Part shown: one piece after another, positions 35,656 through 45,396 of the stretch
How the letters are laid out: every line of letters starts with the position of its first letter
Position numbering within the stretch: the first letter of the stretch is position 1
Assembly: GCA_016184105.1 (NCBI GenBank)
Contig: JACPDI010000031.1
Span: 70,673-134,672, forward strand
Source of the DNA: Acidobacteriota bacterium
GTDB lineage: Bacteria; Acidobacteriota; Vicinamibacteria; Vicinamibacterales; 2-12-FULL-66-21
Direction: 5' to 3'
DNA length: 64,000 nt
The notes under the pieces: generated by a model
Database searches by the model: none
What the model saw: the letters and a program-made list of their open reading frames with translations, nothing else
What the model was told of the DNA's origin: nothing
Made by a program: the position numbers and the translations under genes

Positions 35656-36930
35656 ATGATTTCCTTGTCCTCTGACGCCCTGAAAACCGAAGGTGAGGCC
35701 GCCCCTTCGGTTCCGAACCACGGGTTCATCCGCCGGACCGCCGCCGCCTTCACTTACCGCGATTTCCGCATCCTCTGGACAGGCGCCTTCATGTCCACGG
35801 TCGGCACGTGGATGCAGAAGGTCGCGCAAAGCTGGCTGGTCCTCTCGCTCACCGGGTCGTCATTCTTCCTGGGGCTCGACGATTTCCTCGCGCAGCTTCC
35901 CATCCTGCTCCTGACGCTGATTGGCGGCGTGATTGCCGATCGCTACGACCGGCGCCGGCTCCTCATCGGCTCGCAGTACGTGCAGATGACGGCCGCGTTC
36001 ATCCTCACGGCGCTCGTCTACTGGCAGGTCGTGGAGCTGTGGCACATCCTCGCGCTGTCGTTCATCACCGGCGTCGCGCAGGCGTTCGGCGGCCCGGCGT
36101 ACCAGTCGCTGATCCCGTCGCTCGTGGATCGCAAGGACCTGCCCAACGCGATCGCGCTCAACTCGATCCAGTTCAACCTGGCGCGCGTGTTCGGGCCGAT
36201 CCTCGCCGGCGCCACGCTCGCCGCGTTCGGCACGGCGATGTGCTTCGCGGTCAACGGCGTTTCGTTCCTCATCGTGATCGTCGCGCTGATGGCGCTCGGC
36301 GTGAAACACATCCCGCCGCTGACACGCCAGCCGATGATGGACGAGCTGCGCGGCGGCATCGCGTACGCCCGCAGCGAGCCGGCGATCATCTCGCTCACCC
36401 TCCTCGGCTTCGTCACGACGTTCCTGGGGCTGCCGCTGCTGACGCTGCTGCCGGTCTTCGCGCGCGACGTCTTTCACGGCGGTGTCGGCCGCTACACGCA
36501 GATGATGGCCTTCTCCGGCATCGGCGCCGTCTCCGGCGCGCTCATCGTCGCGTGGCTGGGACGGTTCAGGCACATGGGGCTGGCGACGCTGCTCCTGCAG
36601 ATCGTGTTCGGGCTGTTGCTCGTCGGCTTCGCGCTGTCGCGCCTGCTGTGGCTGAGCAACGTCCTGCTCTTCGTGGCGGGCGCCGCGCTGATCGCGGTGT
36701 TTTCGTTCACGGCCTCCCTCGTGCAGCTGATCGTGCCGGATCACCTCCGTGGCCGTGTCGTCAGCATTTACATGGTGGCGTTCCGCGGCGGCATGCCGCT
36801 TGGCGGGCTGGCCGCGGGCACGATGGCCAGCATCACCTCGGCGCCGACCGCGCTGGTGACGGGAGGAACGCTGCTCGTCGCGATCGCGGTCTATTACCTG
36901 TTCCGCGGCCACGGCCTCCGGGAGTTGTAA
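35656..36930 (+). CDS. MFS transporter (EntS/MFS_3-like)
   Basis: FRILWTGAFMSTVGTWMQKVAQSWLV and GGVIADRYDRRRLL, with about 12 predicted TM segments. ATG at 35656. Confidence 0.8.
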   Translation: MISLSSDALKTEGEAAPSVPNHGFIRRTAAAFTYRDFRILWTGAFMSTVGTWMQKVAQSWLVLSLTGSSFFLGLDDFLAQLPILLLTLIGGVIADRYDRRRLLIGSQYVQMTAAFILTALVYWQVVELWHILALSFITGVAQAFGGPAYQSLIPSLVDRKDLPNAIALNSIQFNLARVFGPILAGATLAAFGTAMCFAVNGVSFLIVIVALMALGVKHIPPLTRQPMMDELRGGIAYARSEPAIISLTLLGFVTTFLGLPLLTLLPVFARDVFHGGVGRYTQMMAFSGIGAVSGALIVAWLGRFRHMGLATLLLQIVFGLLLVGFALSRLLWLSNVLLFVAGAALIAVFSFTASLVQLIVPDHLRGRVVSIYMVAFRGGMPLGGLAAGTMASITSAPTALVTGGTLLVAIAVYYLFRGHGLREL

Positions 36931-36939
36931 GAGATCGGA

Positions 36940-37656
36940 TCAGACAGCCAGGATCCAGTACAGACCGAGGCCGATCGATGCCACCGCCATCAGCAGCGCG
37001 GCGCCGCGGCCGAGCCGCGCGACGACGCGCGTGGAGAGCGTGCGCGCGAGGGCCACGCCAAACAGCGACATCGAGATGAGGATGCCGACGGCGAACAGCA
37101 CGATGAGCAGCACGATCTGCGGGATCGCGGCCGCCGCCGTCGAGCCGCCGAACGGCGCGAACGTGGCCAGCGCGCGCAGGCTGCTGATGGCGAAGACCGC
37201 GCCAAGCAGGGCGGGCAGCTGCGAGTGCGCGACGCCGTGCGCCTGCGGGCGGCCGAGATGCAGGTGCCATGCGCCCGGATCGTGGCTCTGCGGGTGCGCG
37301 TGCGCGTAGAAGCGGCCGGAAACCGCCGCCATCAGCGCCGTGACGCCGAGGGCGACCAGCAGCACTCCCCCCAGCTGCTCTCCGCCGCGCTCGACGGTCT
37401 GCGGAATCGTCCACCCGGCCACCACGACGAGGCTCGCGCCAAATGCGAGCACCAGCGCGTGGCCGGCTGCGAATCGGACGGCGACCGCAAGCGCGCGCGC
37501 GCGACGGACGGCAACCGTTTCTTCGCCGCGGACCGTCAGCGCGGCGATGGCCATGAGATGGTCGGCGCCGAGCCCGTGCAGGAAGCCGAGCACGAGCGCC
37601 GAAGCAATCAGAAACACCGGGTTATTGTAGCCGCAGGTCCCATCGAACGGGGACAT
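36940..37656 (-). CDS. NicO/RcnA/UreH-like putative nickel/cobalt transporter
   Basis: LGFLHGLGADHLMAI (HxxxADH-type) in TM1, a His-rich loop YAHAHPQSHDPGAWHLHLGRPQAHGVAHS, and about 6 TMs. Confidence 0.5.
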   Translation of the reverse strand: MSPFDGTCGYNNPVFLIASALVLGFLHGLGADHLMAIAALTVRGEETVAVRRARALAVAVRFAAGHALVLAFGASLVVVAGWTIPQTVERGGEQLGGVLLVALGVTALMAAVSGRFYAHAHPQSHDPGAWHLHLGRPQAHGVAHSQLPALLGAVFAISSLRALATFAPFGGSTAAAAIPQIVLLIVLFAVGILISMSLFGVALARTLSTRVVARLGRGAALLMAVASIGLGLYWILAV

Positions 37657-38083
37657 TTACCGGGCGGTAGCACATCAAATCGTCACATGCCTGGTAGCGC
37701 ACGGTGCCCAGCACGCGCACGGCCGCGCCCGGTCGGCCAGGCGGCACCGTGACCGGGACGGCAAGCGAGAACGCCTTGTCGTAGACGCGCACGCGTTCCC
37801 CTGCGAACATTCGAACCACCGCCGGGGGAAACCGGACGCTGCCGGCATGCCCGTCCGGGATCGGCTCGATCGTCAGAGACACGGGAATGTACCGTTCTTG
37901 CGGGGGCGCGTAGATGTGGATGCCTTCGCGCGGGGTCACGGTGACTTTGAGCGGCACCGGCGTGCCCGGCTTCACGGGAGCCGAACGCCGCACGGCCTCG
38001 ACACGCGCCAGCGGCGCCTGAGGAGACCGGAGCGCGCCGGCAGTGGCCGCCTGCAGCAGCACGAGAAGGAGCGCCGGGATCAT
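37622..38083 (-). CDS. Periplasmic DsbD/DsbC N-terminal-domain-like protein
   Basis: Signal peptide MIPALLLVLLQAATAGA. GIHIYAP...VRYQACDDLMCYRP is typical of the DsbD alpha-domain fold family. ATG at 38083. Confidence 0.6.
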   Translation of the reverse strand: MIPALLLVLLQAATAGALRSPQAPLARVEAVRRSAPVKPGTPVPLKVTVTPREGIHIYAPPQERYIPVSLTIEPIPDGHAGSVRFPPAVVRMFAGERVRVYDKAFSLAVPVTVPPGRPGAAVRVLGTVRYQACDDLMCYRPVNVPVRWDLRLQ

Positions 38084-38209
38084 CGTCGTATTGTGGACAA
38101 ACGACCGGCGCTTGACAACAGGCGCGCTGCAGAATGCGCGGAACACGCAAAAAACCACGTCCCCCCACATACGGGAGGGACGTGGCTCCAGATCGCCGAG
38201 CAGTTCCCC

Positions 38210-38827
38210 TTAGTTCCGCCTCGTGATCTGATCCCAGATGGCCGCGCTGCCGCCGCCAATCGCCGCGCCGATGAGCGCCCCCTTCTTGCCGCCGACCGCC
38301 GCGCCGACACCGGCGCCCACGCCTGCCGACGACCCGATGATGATCGCGCTTTTCTTCACGCTGCGGCCGCTCGACCGCTCGGTGACGACGCCCCGCTGCG
38401 AGACGGTGCGGGGCCGCGCCTCGCGGTAGACCACCGCAGGCTGCTGCACCACCGCAGGCTGCACCACGCGCGTGTCGTAACCGTAGTCACGAACCGCGAG
38501 CGCGCCGTTGCCGTACGCCACCGGCGCCGCTGCGTATGGCACCTCTGCGGACACGCACTGCACCTGCGCCACGGGCTGGCCGCTGACCACGGCCTGCCGG
38601 ACGAGCGTGCGCTGGTTCGGCTCGCAGTTGACGAGGACCTGCCCGTTTGCGGCGCCCGCCACCTGCTGGGCGACCGGCTGGGCGAACCCGCCCTCGTACC
38701 CGAGCGCGCGGACGCTGCTGTCGGCCTTCGTGCCGCATGCAGCCGTCACCACGAGCGCGCCCACGCCCGCCAGGCCGAGCGCCGCGCGCCGCAGACTGCT
38801 GATGCTCATTGCTCCGTTGGTCCTCAT
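38210..38827 (-). CDS. Lipoprotein with C-terminal glycine-zipper
   Basis: GGAGGGA Shine-Dalgarno 7 nt before the ATG at 38827, lipobox VVTAAC, and a C-terminal IIGSSAGVGAGVGAAVGGKKGALIGAAIGGG. Confidence 0.65.
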   Translation of the reverse strand: MRTNGAMSISSLRRAALGLAGVGALVVTAACGTKADSSVRALGYEGGFAQPVAQQVAGAANGQVLVNCEPNQRTLVRQAVVSGQPVAQVQCVSAEVPYAAAPVAYGNGALAVRDYGYDTRVVQPAVVQQPAVVYREARPRTVSQRGVVTERSSGRSVKKSAIIIGSSAGVGAGVGAAVGGKKGALIGAAIGGGSAAIWDQITRRN

Positions 38828-39007
38828 CTCAGACTCCCTCCGAATCACGTTCCGCCCGGTAAGGTTCCAAGGCACGTGCCGCCCGGAAATCGCGATTTGC
38901 CGAGGCTTTTGCGGCCGAGCGCGGTGACGTTGTCCTCTGAAGGGCTCAACCGTACAATCGGGGGGAGACAGGGAGAATCGGACGGTTCGAACCTTTCCAC
39001 ACGCCCC

Positions 39008-39688
39008 ATGCCCCACATCCTCATCGCCGAAGACGATCGCGACATCGCCGATCTGATCGACCACAGCCTCCGCAAGGCGGGGCACGAGACCGAGATCGTC
39101 GGGTCGGGGTCGGAGGCGCTCGCGCGGGCGCGCGCGGCGCGTCCCGACGCGCTCGTGCTCGACGTGATGCTCCCCGGGCTCGACGGCATGCAGGTGTGTC
39201 GCGCGCTGAGGGCGGAGCCGGACACGGCGGCCACTCCGATCATCATGGTGACCGCGCGCGGGGAGGAAGCGGACCGCGTCGGCGGCCTCGAGCTGGGCGC
39301 GGACGATTACCTGACCAAGCCGTTCAGCCCGCGCGAGCTGGTCGCACGCGTCGCGGCGCTCCTCCGCCGGTCGCGCCCGCCGGCTGCGCCCACGGCCACG
39401 GTCCTCCGCTATCGCGATCTCGTCGTCGACGGCGATCGCCACCGCGTGACAGCCAACGGCGCCGAGGTGAAGCTCACGGCGAAGGAATTCCTGCTGCTCC
39501 AGTACATGATGCAGCGCGCGGGACGCGTGGTCTCGCGCGACCAGCTCCTCACCGACGTCTGGGGCTACCAGTACACCGGGGGCACCCGGACCGTGGACGT
39601 GCACGTCCGGCGGTTGCGTGAGAAGATCCCGCTGCTCGAGCAGGTCATCGAAACCGTGAAGCAGTTCGGGTACAAGCTCGCCGAATGA
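39008..39688 (+). CDS. OmpR/PhoB-family response regulator (PhoB-like by context)
   Basis: ILIAEDDRDI...LVLDVMLPGLDG...TKPF REC domain plus a winged-helix output (LTAKEFLLLQYMM...VDVHVRRLREKI). Confidence 0.85.
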   Translation: MPHILIAEDDRDIADLIDHSLRKAGHETEIVGSGSEALARARAARPDALVLDVMLPGLDGMQVCRALRAEPDTAATPIIMVTARGEEADRVGGLELGADDYLTKPFSPRELVARVAALLRRSRPPAAPTATVLRYRDLVVDGDRHRVTANGAEVKLTAKEFLLLQYMMQRAGRVVSRDQLLTDVWGYQYTGGTRTVDVHVRRLREKIPLLEQVIETVKQFGYKLAE

Positions 39689-41439
39689 GTTTCCGCCGGA
39701 AGATCTTCCTCGCCGCCTTCGTGGCCGCGTTCGCCACGGTCGCCGCGGCCACTGCGCTCGTTTCGTGGGCGGTGCGGCGCGATCTGATCTCGCGCCTCGA
39801 GCGCGGCCTCATCTCCGAGGCGCAGCTCGCGGCCGCGCTGGTGTCGCATCACGTGGACGCCGCGTCGCTCGACGACCAGGCGGATGATATCGGCGCCCGC
39901 GTCTCCGCGCGCGTGACGCTTGTCGCGCGCGACGGCCGTGTCGTCGGCGACTCGGAACGCGACGGCCGGGAGCTGGCGGCCATGGAGAACCACGGCGGCC
40001 GGCCGGAAGTACTCGGCGCGCTCCGCGCCGGCAGAGGCATCTCGACCCGCCATAGCACCACCGTCCAGACCGACATGCTGTACGTCGCGGTTCCCGTTCG
40101 GGATGGACCCGGGGCGGTGGCGGTCGTGCGGCTCGCGCTGCCGCTGGCGGAAGTCGAAGAGCAGCTGAGCACCGTCCGCCGGCTGTCGGTGCTCGCGCTC
40201 GCCGTCGGCATCGTGACGGCGGCGGCGCTCGCGTGGTGGATGGCCGCGCTCGTCTCGCGCCGGGTCAGCGCCATCGCGGCGAGAGCGGAACGGTACGCGC
40301 GGGGGGAACGCCTGCGCACGCCGGCCGATTACGGCGCCGACGAGGTCGGCACGGTCGCGCGGGTGCTCGACGACGCCGTGCAGGATCTGAGCAGCCGCGT
40401 CGCGGAACTGGCGCGCGATCGCGCGCTGACGGCCGGCATTCTCTCCGGCATGACCGAGGGAGTCGTCGTCGTGGACGCGCGCGGGCAGCTGCAGCTCGTC
40501 AACGAGGCGGCGCGTCGCATGCTGGCGCTGGAGCCGCGCGGGGCGGGGCGCCACTACCTGGAGGCGGTGCGGCATCCGGCGATCGCCCAGCAGCTCGGCT
40601 CGGCCCTCGCCGGGGACGCGCCCGCGCCGGTGGAGGTCACCCTGACCGCCGCGGGAGACCGCGTGTTCATCGCGCGCGCGAGCGCCGTGGACGTGCCCGG
40701 AGGACGCATTGCGATCGTCGTGCTGCACGACGTGTCGGACCTGAAGCGCGCCGACCGCATGCGCCGGGATTTCGTGGCGAACGTTTCCCACGAGCTGAGA
40801 ACGCCGCTCACGGCCATCCGCGGCTACGCCGAGGCGCTGGCCGACGGCATCGACGACCCCGCGCAGGCGAAGAAGTTCCTCGAGGTGATCGCGAGGCACA
40901 GCACGCAGATGGAGCGGCTGGTGCGCGACCTGCTGCGCCTCGCCCGCATCGAGGCCGGGCAGGAACGCCTGGACGTGAGCGACGTCCCGGTCGCCGGGCT
41001 GTTCGCCGACGTCGAAACGGCGCTCGGCCCCGTGATCGAACCACGCGGCCAGCGCATCGCGCGCGACATCGCCGCCGATGCCGCGACGATCCGCGCCGAC
41101 GCCGCGCACATGCATGACGTCCTGCGCAACCTCCTGGAGAATGCAAGCCGCCACTCGCCAGAGGGGGCGACAATCCACCTCCGCACGCGCGCGGCTGATG
41201 GCCGGATCGTGATCGACGTCGAAGACGAAGGAACGGGAATTCCCGAGCCGGATCTCACCCGGGTGTTCGAGCGGTTCTATCGCGTGGACAAGGCGCGGGC
41301 GCGCGCCCCCGAGCACGGCGGCGGCACGGGCCTGGGCCTCGCGATCGTCAAGCACCTCGTGGGCCTGCACGGCGGCACGGTCACCGCGCGAAACCGACCG
41401 GAGGGGGGCGCGGTGTTCAGCGTGTCCCTGCCGGCCTGA
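39685..41439 (+). CDS. Sensor histidine kinase (PhoR-like by context)
   Basis: Two TMs, HAMP, a PAS-like segment, the HisKA H-box FVANVSHELRTPLTAIRGY, and HATPase N/G boxes. 4-nt overlap with the regulator gene. Confidence 0.85.
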   Translation: MSFRRKIFLAAFVAAFATVAAATALVSWAVRRDLISRLERGLISEAQLAAALVSHHVDAASLDDQADDIGARVSARVTLVARDGRVVGDSERDGRELAAMENHGGRPEVLGALRAGRGISTRHSTTVQTDMLYVAVPVRDGPGAVAVVRLALPLAEVEEQLSTVRRLSVLALAVGIVTAAALAWWMAALVSRRVSAIAARAERYARGERLRTPADYGADEVGTVARVLDDAVQDLSSRVAELARDRALTAGILSGMTEGVVVVDARGQLQLVNEAARRMLALEPRGAGRHYLEAVRHPAIAQQLGSALAGDAPAPVEVTLTAAGDRVFIARASAVDVPGGRIAIVVLHDVSDLKRADRMRRDFVANVSHELRTPLTAIRGYAEALADGIDDPAQAKKFLEVIARHSTQMERLVRDLLRLARIEAGQERLDVSDVPVAGLFADVETALGPVIEPRGQRIARDIAADAATIRADAAHMHDVLRNLLENASRHSPEGATIHLRTRAADGRIVIDVEDEGTGIPEPDLTRVFERFYRVDKARARAPEHGGGTGLGLAIVKHLVGLHGGTVTARNRPEGGAVFSVSLPA

Positions 41440-41448
41440 GGATCGCGA

Positions 41449-42438
41449 TTAAAACAGCGCGCGCATCGCCTTCACGACGCCCCAGCTGATCCCCGCGCAG
41501 ATCGGGAAGGTCAGAATCCACGCCGTCACCAGCTCGCGCGTCACTCCCCAGCGTACCGCCGAGACGCCGCGCGTGGCTCCCACGCCCATGATCGCCGTCG
41601 AAATGGTGTGCGTCGTGCTCAGGGGAATGCCCAGCCGCGAGGCCAGCTCGATGGTGCTCGCCGCCGCCATTTCCGCGGCAAACCCCTGGTGCGTTTCGAG
41701 CTTGGTGATCTTCATGCCGAGCGTCCGCATGATGCGCCAGCCGCCGGTGATCGTGCCGAGCGCCATCGTGCCGGCGCAGAGGAAGATCACCCACTTGGGG
41801 ACGGCGAACGTCCCGAGCTGCCCTCCCAGCACCAGCGCCAGCGTGAACGCTCCCATGAACTTCTGGCCGTCGTTCGAGCCGTGGCTGAACGCCATGAACC
41901 CGGACGACAGGACCTGCATCCAGCGGAAGATGCGCTTGGTCGGCCCCGGCGTCGCGCGCCGGAACAGGCGGTACACCGCCGTCATCATCAGCAGCCCTCC
42001 CCCGAAGCCGAGGAAGGTCGAGAACAACAGCCCGTAGCCCACCTTCGTCCATCCGGAGAGCACGAGGGCGTCCGGTCCGGCCGTGGCCAGTCCGGCCCCT
42101 GCCAGTCCCGCGACGAGCGCGTGGCTCTCGCTGGTGGGGATGCCCCAGTAGGCGGCGACCGTGGACCAGATAATGATGCCCACCATCGCTCCGCCCACCG
42201 TCGTCAGATCGACGATGCTGGGATCGATGATGTCCTTGCCGATGGTCGCCGCGACGGCGGTGCCCGACAGCACGCCGACCAGGTTCAGGACGGCCGCCAT
42301 CAGGATCGCCTGGATCGGCGAGAGCGACCGCGTCGAGACGACCGTGGCAATCGCGTTTGGCGCGTCCGTCCACCCGTTGACGAACTCCGCGCCCAGGATG
42401 AGGACGAGCACGACGAGGAGCCCGATGCTGATCTCCAT
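41449..42438 (-). CDS. Inorganic phosphate transporter, PiT family
   Basis: GAEFVNGWTDAPNAIAT and SHGSNDGQK signature repeats. Confidence 0.9.
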   Translation of the reverse strand: MEISIGLLVVLVLILGAEFVNGWTDAPNAIATVVSTRSLSPIQAILMAAVLNLVGVLSGTAVAATIGKDIIDPSIVDLTTVGGAMVGIIIWSTVAAYWGIPTSESHALVAGLAGAGLATAGPDALVLSGWTKVGYGLLFSTFLGFGGGLLMMTAVYRLFRRATPGPTKRIFRWMQVLSSGFMAFSHGSNDGQKFMGAFTLALVLGGQLGTFAVPKWVIFLCAGTMALGTITGGWRIMRTLGMKITKLETHQGFAAEMAAASTIELASRLGIPLSTTHTISTAIMGVGATRGVSAVRWGVTRELVTAWILTFPICAGISWGVVKAMRALF

Positions 42439-42448
42439 CGCGTCCCCG

Positions 42449-43069
42449 TCAGCCGTGCTTCACGACGACGCTCTCGAGGACGTTGGCGACGTCCTCGCAG
42501 CGGTCGGTTGCGGCCTCGAGGAAGTCGAGGATCTCCTTCCACTTGATGATGGCAATCGCGTCGTGCTCGTCGGCGAACAGCTGCTTCAACGCCAGCTGGT
42601 GGGCGCGGTCCGCCTCGTTCTCCAGGCGGTTGATTTCCACGGCGTGCTCGTGGATGCCCTTGCGGCGATCGAGCGCTGGCATGGCCTTGACGATCTGGTC
42701 GGTCGACTGCGCGATGATCCGCGCCAGCTCCCGCGCGCCCGGCCGCACCCTGGCGATCTGATAGAGCCGGATGACGCCCGCCGACGCGTCGATGGCGTCC
42801 ATGACATCGTCCAGGCTGCGGGCGAGAGAGTGGATGTCTTCCCGGTCCAGCGGCGTGATGAACGTGCGGTTCAGCCGCTGGATGACCTCGTGCGTGAGGA
42901 AGTCGCACTTGTGCTCGACTTCCTTGATCTCGTCGGCCTTGTCCCACACCGGATGCTCCGGCGCCAGCATCTCTTCGAGCATCGCGGCACCACGGGTGAT
43001 TTCACGCGCCATCGTCTCGAAATCGTCAAAGAACCGCTCCTCGCGCGGGATCAAGCTGAATCTGGCCAC
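42449..43069 (-). CDS. DUF47 / PhoU-related phosphate-transport regulator (YkaA-like)
   Basis: FFDDFETMAREI...HKCDFLTHEVIQRLNRTFITPLDREDIH. Classic pairing upstream of PiT. Confidence 0.8.
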   Translation of the reverse strand: MARFSLIPREERFFDDFETMAREITRGAAMLEEMLAPEHPVWDKADEIKEVEHKCDFLTHEVIQRLNRTFITPLDREDIHSLARSLDDVMDAIDASAGVIRLYQIARVRPGARELARIIAQSTDQIVKAMPALDRRKGIHEHAVEINRLENEADRAHQLALKQLFADEHDAIAIIKWKEILDFLEAATDRCEDVANVLESVVVKHG

Positions 43070-43107
43070 TCAACCTCCTCAGGCAACCGTAGATCCTATC
43101 CCAAGTC

Positions 43108-43124
43108 GTTACACGGACGTTACA
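43108..43124 (-). promoter_or_regulatory. Pho-box-like pair of direct hexamers (TGTAAC-N5-TGTAAC on the minus strand) upstream of DUF47-PiT
   Basis: The plus strand reads GTTACAcggacGTTACA. The period is 11 bp, and the box ends 39 nt from the DUF47 start at 43069. Confidence 0.5.
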
Positions 43125-43156
43125 CGCCGGCGCGCGCCCGGCGGCGGCCGGATGGA

Positions 43157-43184
43157 TTTAACGCGCCCGTAACCGTCACGTAAC
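43157..43184 (+). promoter_or_regulatory. Pho-box-like triple of phased hexamers upstream of porin-pstSCA
   Basis: TTTAACgcgccCGTAACcgtcaCGTAAC with an exact 11-bp period. It ends 36 nt before the porin ATG at 43220. Confidence 0.5.
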
Positions 43185-43219
43185 GTCTCGGTCATCCTGT
43201 CGTCGTACGTTTCAAGCTC

Positions 43220-44323
43220 ATGACGACCGCAAGAAAGACAGGACGGACTCGTGCCGCCACCCTTTTTGTCGCCGCGCTGCTCGCTCCAGCGCCCGCCCTC
43301 GCGCAGGTGACCCCTGCCCAGGGCTACACCCCGCCGGACGACACCCCGTCGATCCGGGTCGGGACGACGATTTTCCTGGACTACACGCTGCAGCAGTCGC
43401 CGGACGTGAAGGACGCTGCAGGCCGCAACGTCAACTTCAACGCGTTCCAGGTCGGCCGGACCTACATCAACGTGACGGGCCAGGTCCATCATCGGCTGTC
43501 GTTCCGGATCACGCCGGACATCCGGCAGGAGACCGGCACGGGCAGCTCGCTGAACGGCAGCCTGACGTTCCGTCTCAAGTACGCGTACGCGCAGGTCAAC
43601 CTGGACGACTGGCTGACGGGCGGGAGCTGGGTGCGCATCGGGATGCAGCAGACGCCGATGATCGATTACCAGGAAGGGGTGTACCGGTACCGCTTCCAGG
43701 GCACCGTGTTCGCCGACCGCGAGGGTTTCCTCAGTTCGTCGGACTCCGGCGTCTCGTTCCGCACGCAGTTCAAGAACAACTACGGCGACGTGCACGCGGG
43801 GATCTACAACGGCGAGACGTTCTCGAAGCTCGAGGCGAACGATCAGAAGGCGTTCATGGTTCGCGCCACGTTTCGCCCGATGCCCAGGGCGCGAACCCTG
43901 CGCGGCCTGCGCGTGAGCGGGTTCTACGACGCCGACGCGGCGGTGAAGGACGGGCGTCGCCGCCGCGCCCTTGGGGACCTCACCTTCGAGCACAGGTTCG
44001 TCAACACCGGGTTCATCTATCTCGCCACCTCCGACCAGGCGCTGCCGGCGTCGGCTCGGATCGACGGTCGCGGCTTCTCCATCTGGGCGACGCCGCGCAC
44101 CACCAAGGGCTGGGAGGGGCTGCTCCGATTTGACCGCCTCGAGCCGAACACCGGCGACGACGACCGGAAGAACCGCGCGATGGCGGGCGTCGCGTACTGG
44201 CTGCCGATCTCCGGCGCCCAGGCCGCGTTCCTGCTCGACTTCGAGAAGGTGGACTACAGGAACTACGCGCCGGCGCGCCCGAAGGAACAGCGCGTGGCGC
44301 TCCACATGCTGCTTAACTTCTGA
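43220..44323 (+). CDS. Outer-membrane beta-barrel porin (phosphate-selective OprO/P-like by context)
   Basis: Signal peptide ending ALAQ, alternating beta-strand pattern, C-terminal ...HMLLNF. Sits directly upstream of pstS. Confidence 0.6.
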   Translation: MTTARKTGRTRAATLFVAALLAPAPALAQVTPAQGYTPPDDTPSIRVGTTIFLDYTLQQSPDVKDAAGRNVNFNAFQVGRTYINVTGQVHHRLSFRITPDIRQETGTGSSLNGSLTFRLKYAYAQVNLDDWLTGGSWVRIGMQQTPMIDYQEGVYRYRFQGTVFADREGFLSSSDSGVSFRTQFKNNYGDVHAGIYNGETFSKLEANDQKAFMVRATFRPMPRARTLRGLRVSGFYDADAAVKDGRRRRALGDLTFEHRFVNTGFIYLATSDQALPASARIDGRGFSIWATPRTTKGWEGLLRFDRLEPNTGDDDRKNRAMAGVAYWLPISGAQAAFLLDFEKVDYRNYAPARPKEQRVALHMLLNF

Positions 44324-44344
44324 GGGAAGGATCGATACCGAATC

Positions 44345-45355
44345 ATGAAGAAAGTGCTGACACTCCTGACCGCGGCCGCGACCGTGGGCCTTGCCGCGCA
44401 GGCGGTCCAGATCAACGGCGCGGGCGCGACGTTCCCATATCCGATCTACTCGAAGTGGTTCGCCGAGTACAACAAGGTCCGTCCGAACGTCCAAATCAAC
44501 TACCAGTCGATCGGATCGGGCGGCGGCATCCGCCAGATCACGCAGGAGACGGTCTTTTTCGGGGCGACCGACGGGCCGATGACCAGCGATCAGCTGCGCG
44601 CGGCGCCCGGCAAGATCTTCCACTTCCCCACCGTGCTCGGCGCGGTCGTACCCGTCTACAACATCCAGGGGGTGGACGACGAGCTGAAGTTCACCGGCCC
44701 GGTGCTCGCCGACATCTTCCTCGGGAAGATCACCAGGTGGAACGATCCCGCCATCGCGAAGCTGAACGCGGGGGTCAAGCTGCCCGCCAGCGACATCACC
44801 GTCGTGCACCGGTCCGACGGCTCCGGCACGACCTACATCTGGGTCGATTACCTGGCCAAGGTCTCCGCCGAATGGAAGCAGAAGGTCGGCGTCAACACGT
44901 CGGTCAGGTGGCCGGCCGGCGTCGGGGGCAAGGGGAACGAGGGAGTCGCGGGGCTCGTGCGGCAGTCGCCGAACTCCATCGGCTACGTCGAGCTGATCTA
45001 CGCGCTCCAGAACAAGATCGATTACGGCTCCGTGCAGAACGCCGCGGGCAAATTCGTGCGCGCGTCGATCGAGACCACCACGGCGGCCGCGGCCGCCGCG
45101 GTGTCGAAGATGCCCGCCGACTTCCGCGTGTCGATCACGAACGCGCCCGGCGAGGCCGCCTACCCCGTCGCGTCCTTCACCTGGCTGCTGCTCTACGAGA
45201 ACCCGAAGAACAAGGCGCAGGCGAAGGTGATGGTGGACTTCATGAAGTGGGCGCTCACGGAGGGCCAGAAGTTCGCCGCGCAGCTCGGCTACGCGCCGCT
45301 GCCGGAGAGCGTGGTGAAACTGGAGCTGGCACAGCTCGCCAAGGTGAGACTGTAG
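44345..45355 (+). CDS. pstS: Phosphate ABC transporter substrate-binding protein PstS
   Basis: INGAGATFPYPIYSKW...YQSIGSGGG...HRSDGSGTT motifs. Confidence 0.95.
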   Translation: MKKVLTLLTAAATVGLAAQAVQINGAGATFPYPIYSKWFAEYNKVRPNVQINYQSIGSGGGIRQITQETVFFGATDGPMTSDQLRAAPGKIFHFPTVLGAVVPVYNIQGVDDELKFTGPVLADIFLGKITRWNDPAIAKLNAGVKLPASDITVVHRSDGSGTTYIWVDYLAKVSAEWKQKVGVNTSVRWPAGVGGKGNEGVAGLVRQSPNSIGYVELIYALQNKIDYGSVQNAAGKFVRASIETTTAAAAAAVSKMPADFRVSITNAPGEAAYPVASFTWLLLYENPKNKAQAKVMVDFMKWALTEGQKFAAQLGYAPLPESVVKLELAQLAKVRL

Positions 45356-45396
45356 CGGGGCTCGGGGCTGAGGCGTGGGAGCCTGGGAGATCTGCG

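Noticed and set aside
38828-39007. Pho-box-like phased hexamers upstream of the phoB-like gene
   Set aside because: Only isolated hexamer-like words are present (GGTGAC, CTCAAC, CGTACA), without a consistent 11-bp phase.
38828-39604. Upstream part of ORF 38210-39604
   Set aside because: Antisense to the PhoB-like regulator. The real lipoprotein gene starts at 38827, where there is a good Shine-Dalgarno sequence and a lipobox.
43109-44809. 566-aa minus-strand ORF
   Set aside because: Antisense to the porin and pstS genes. No motifs.
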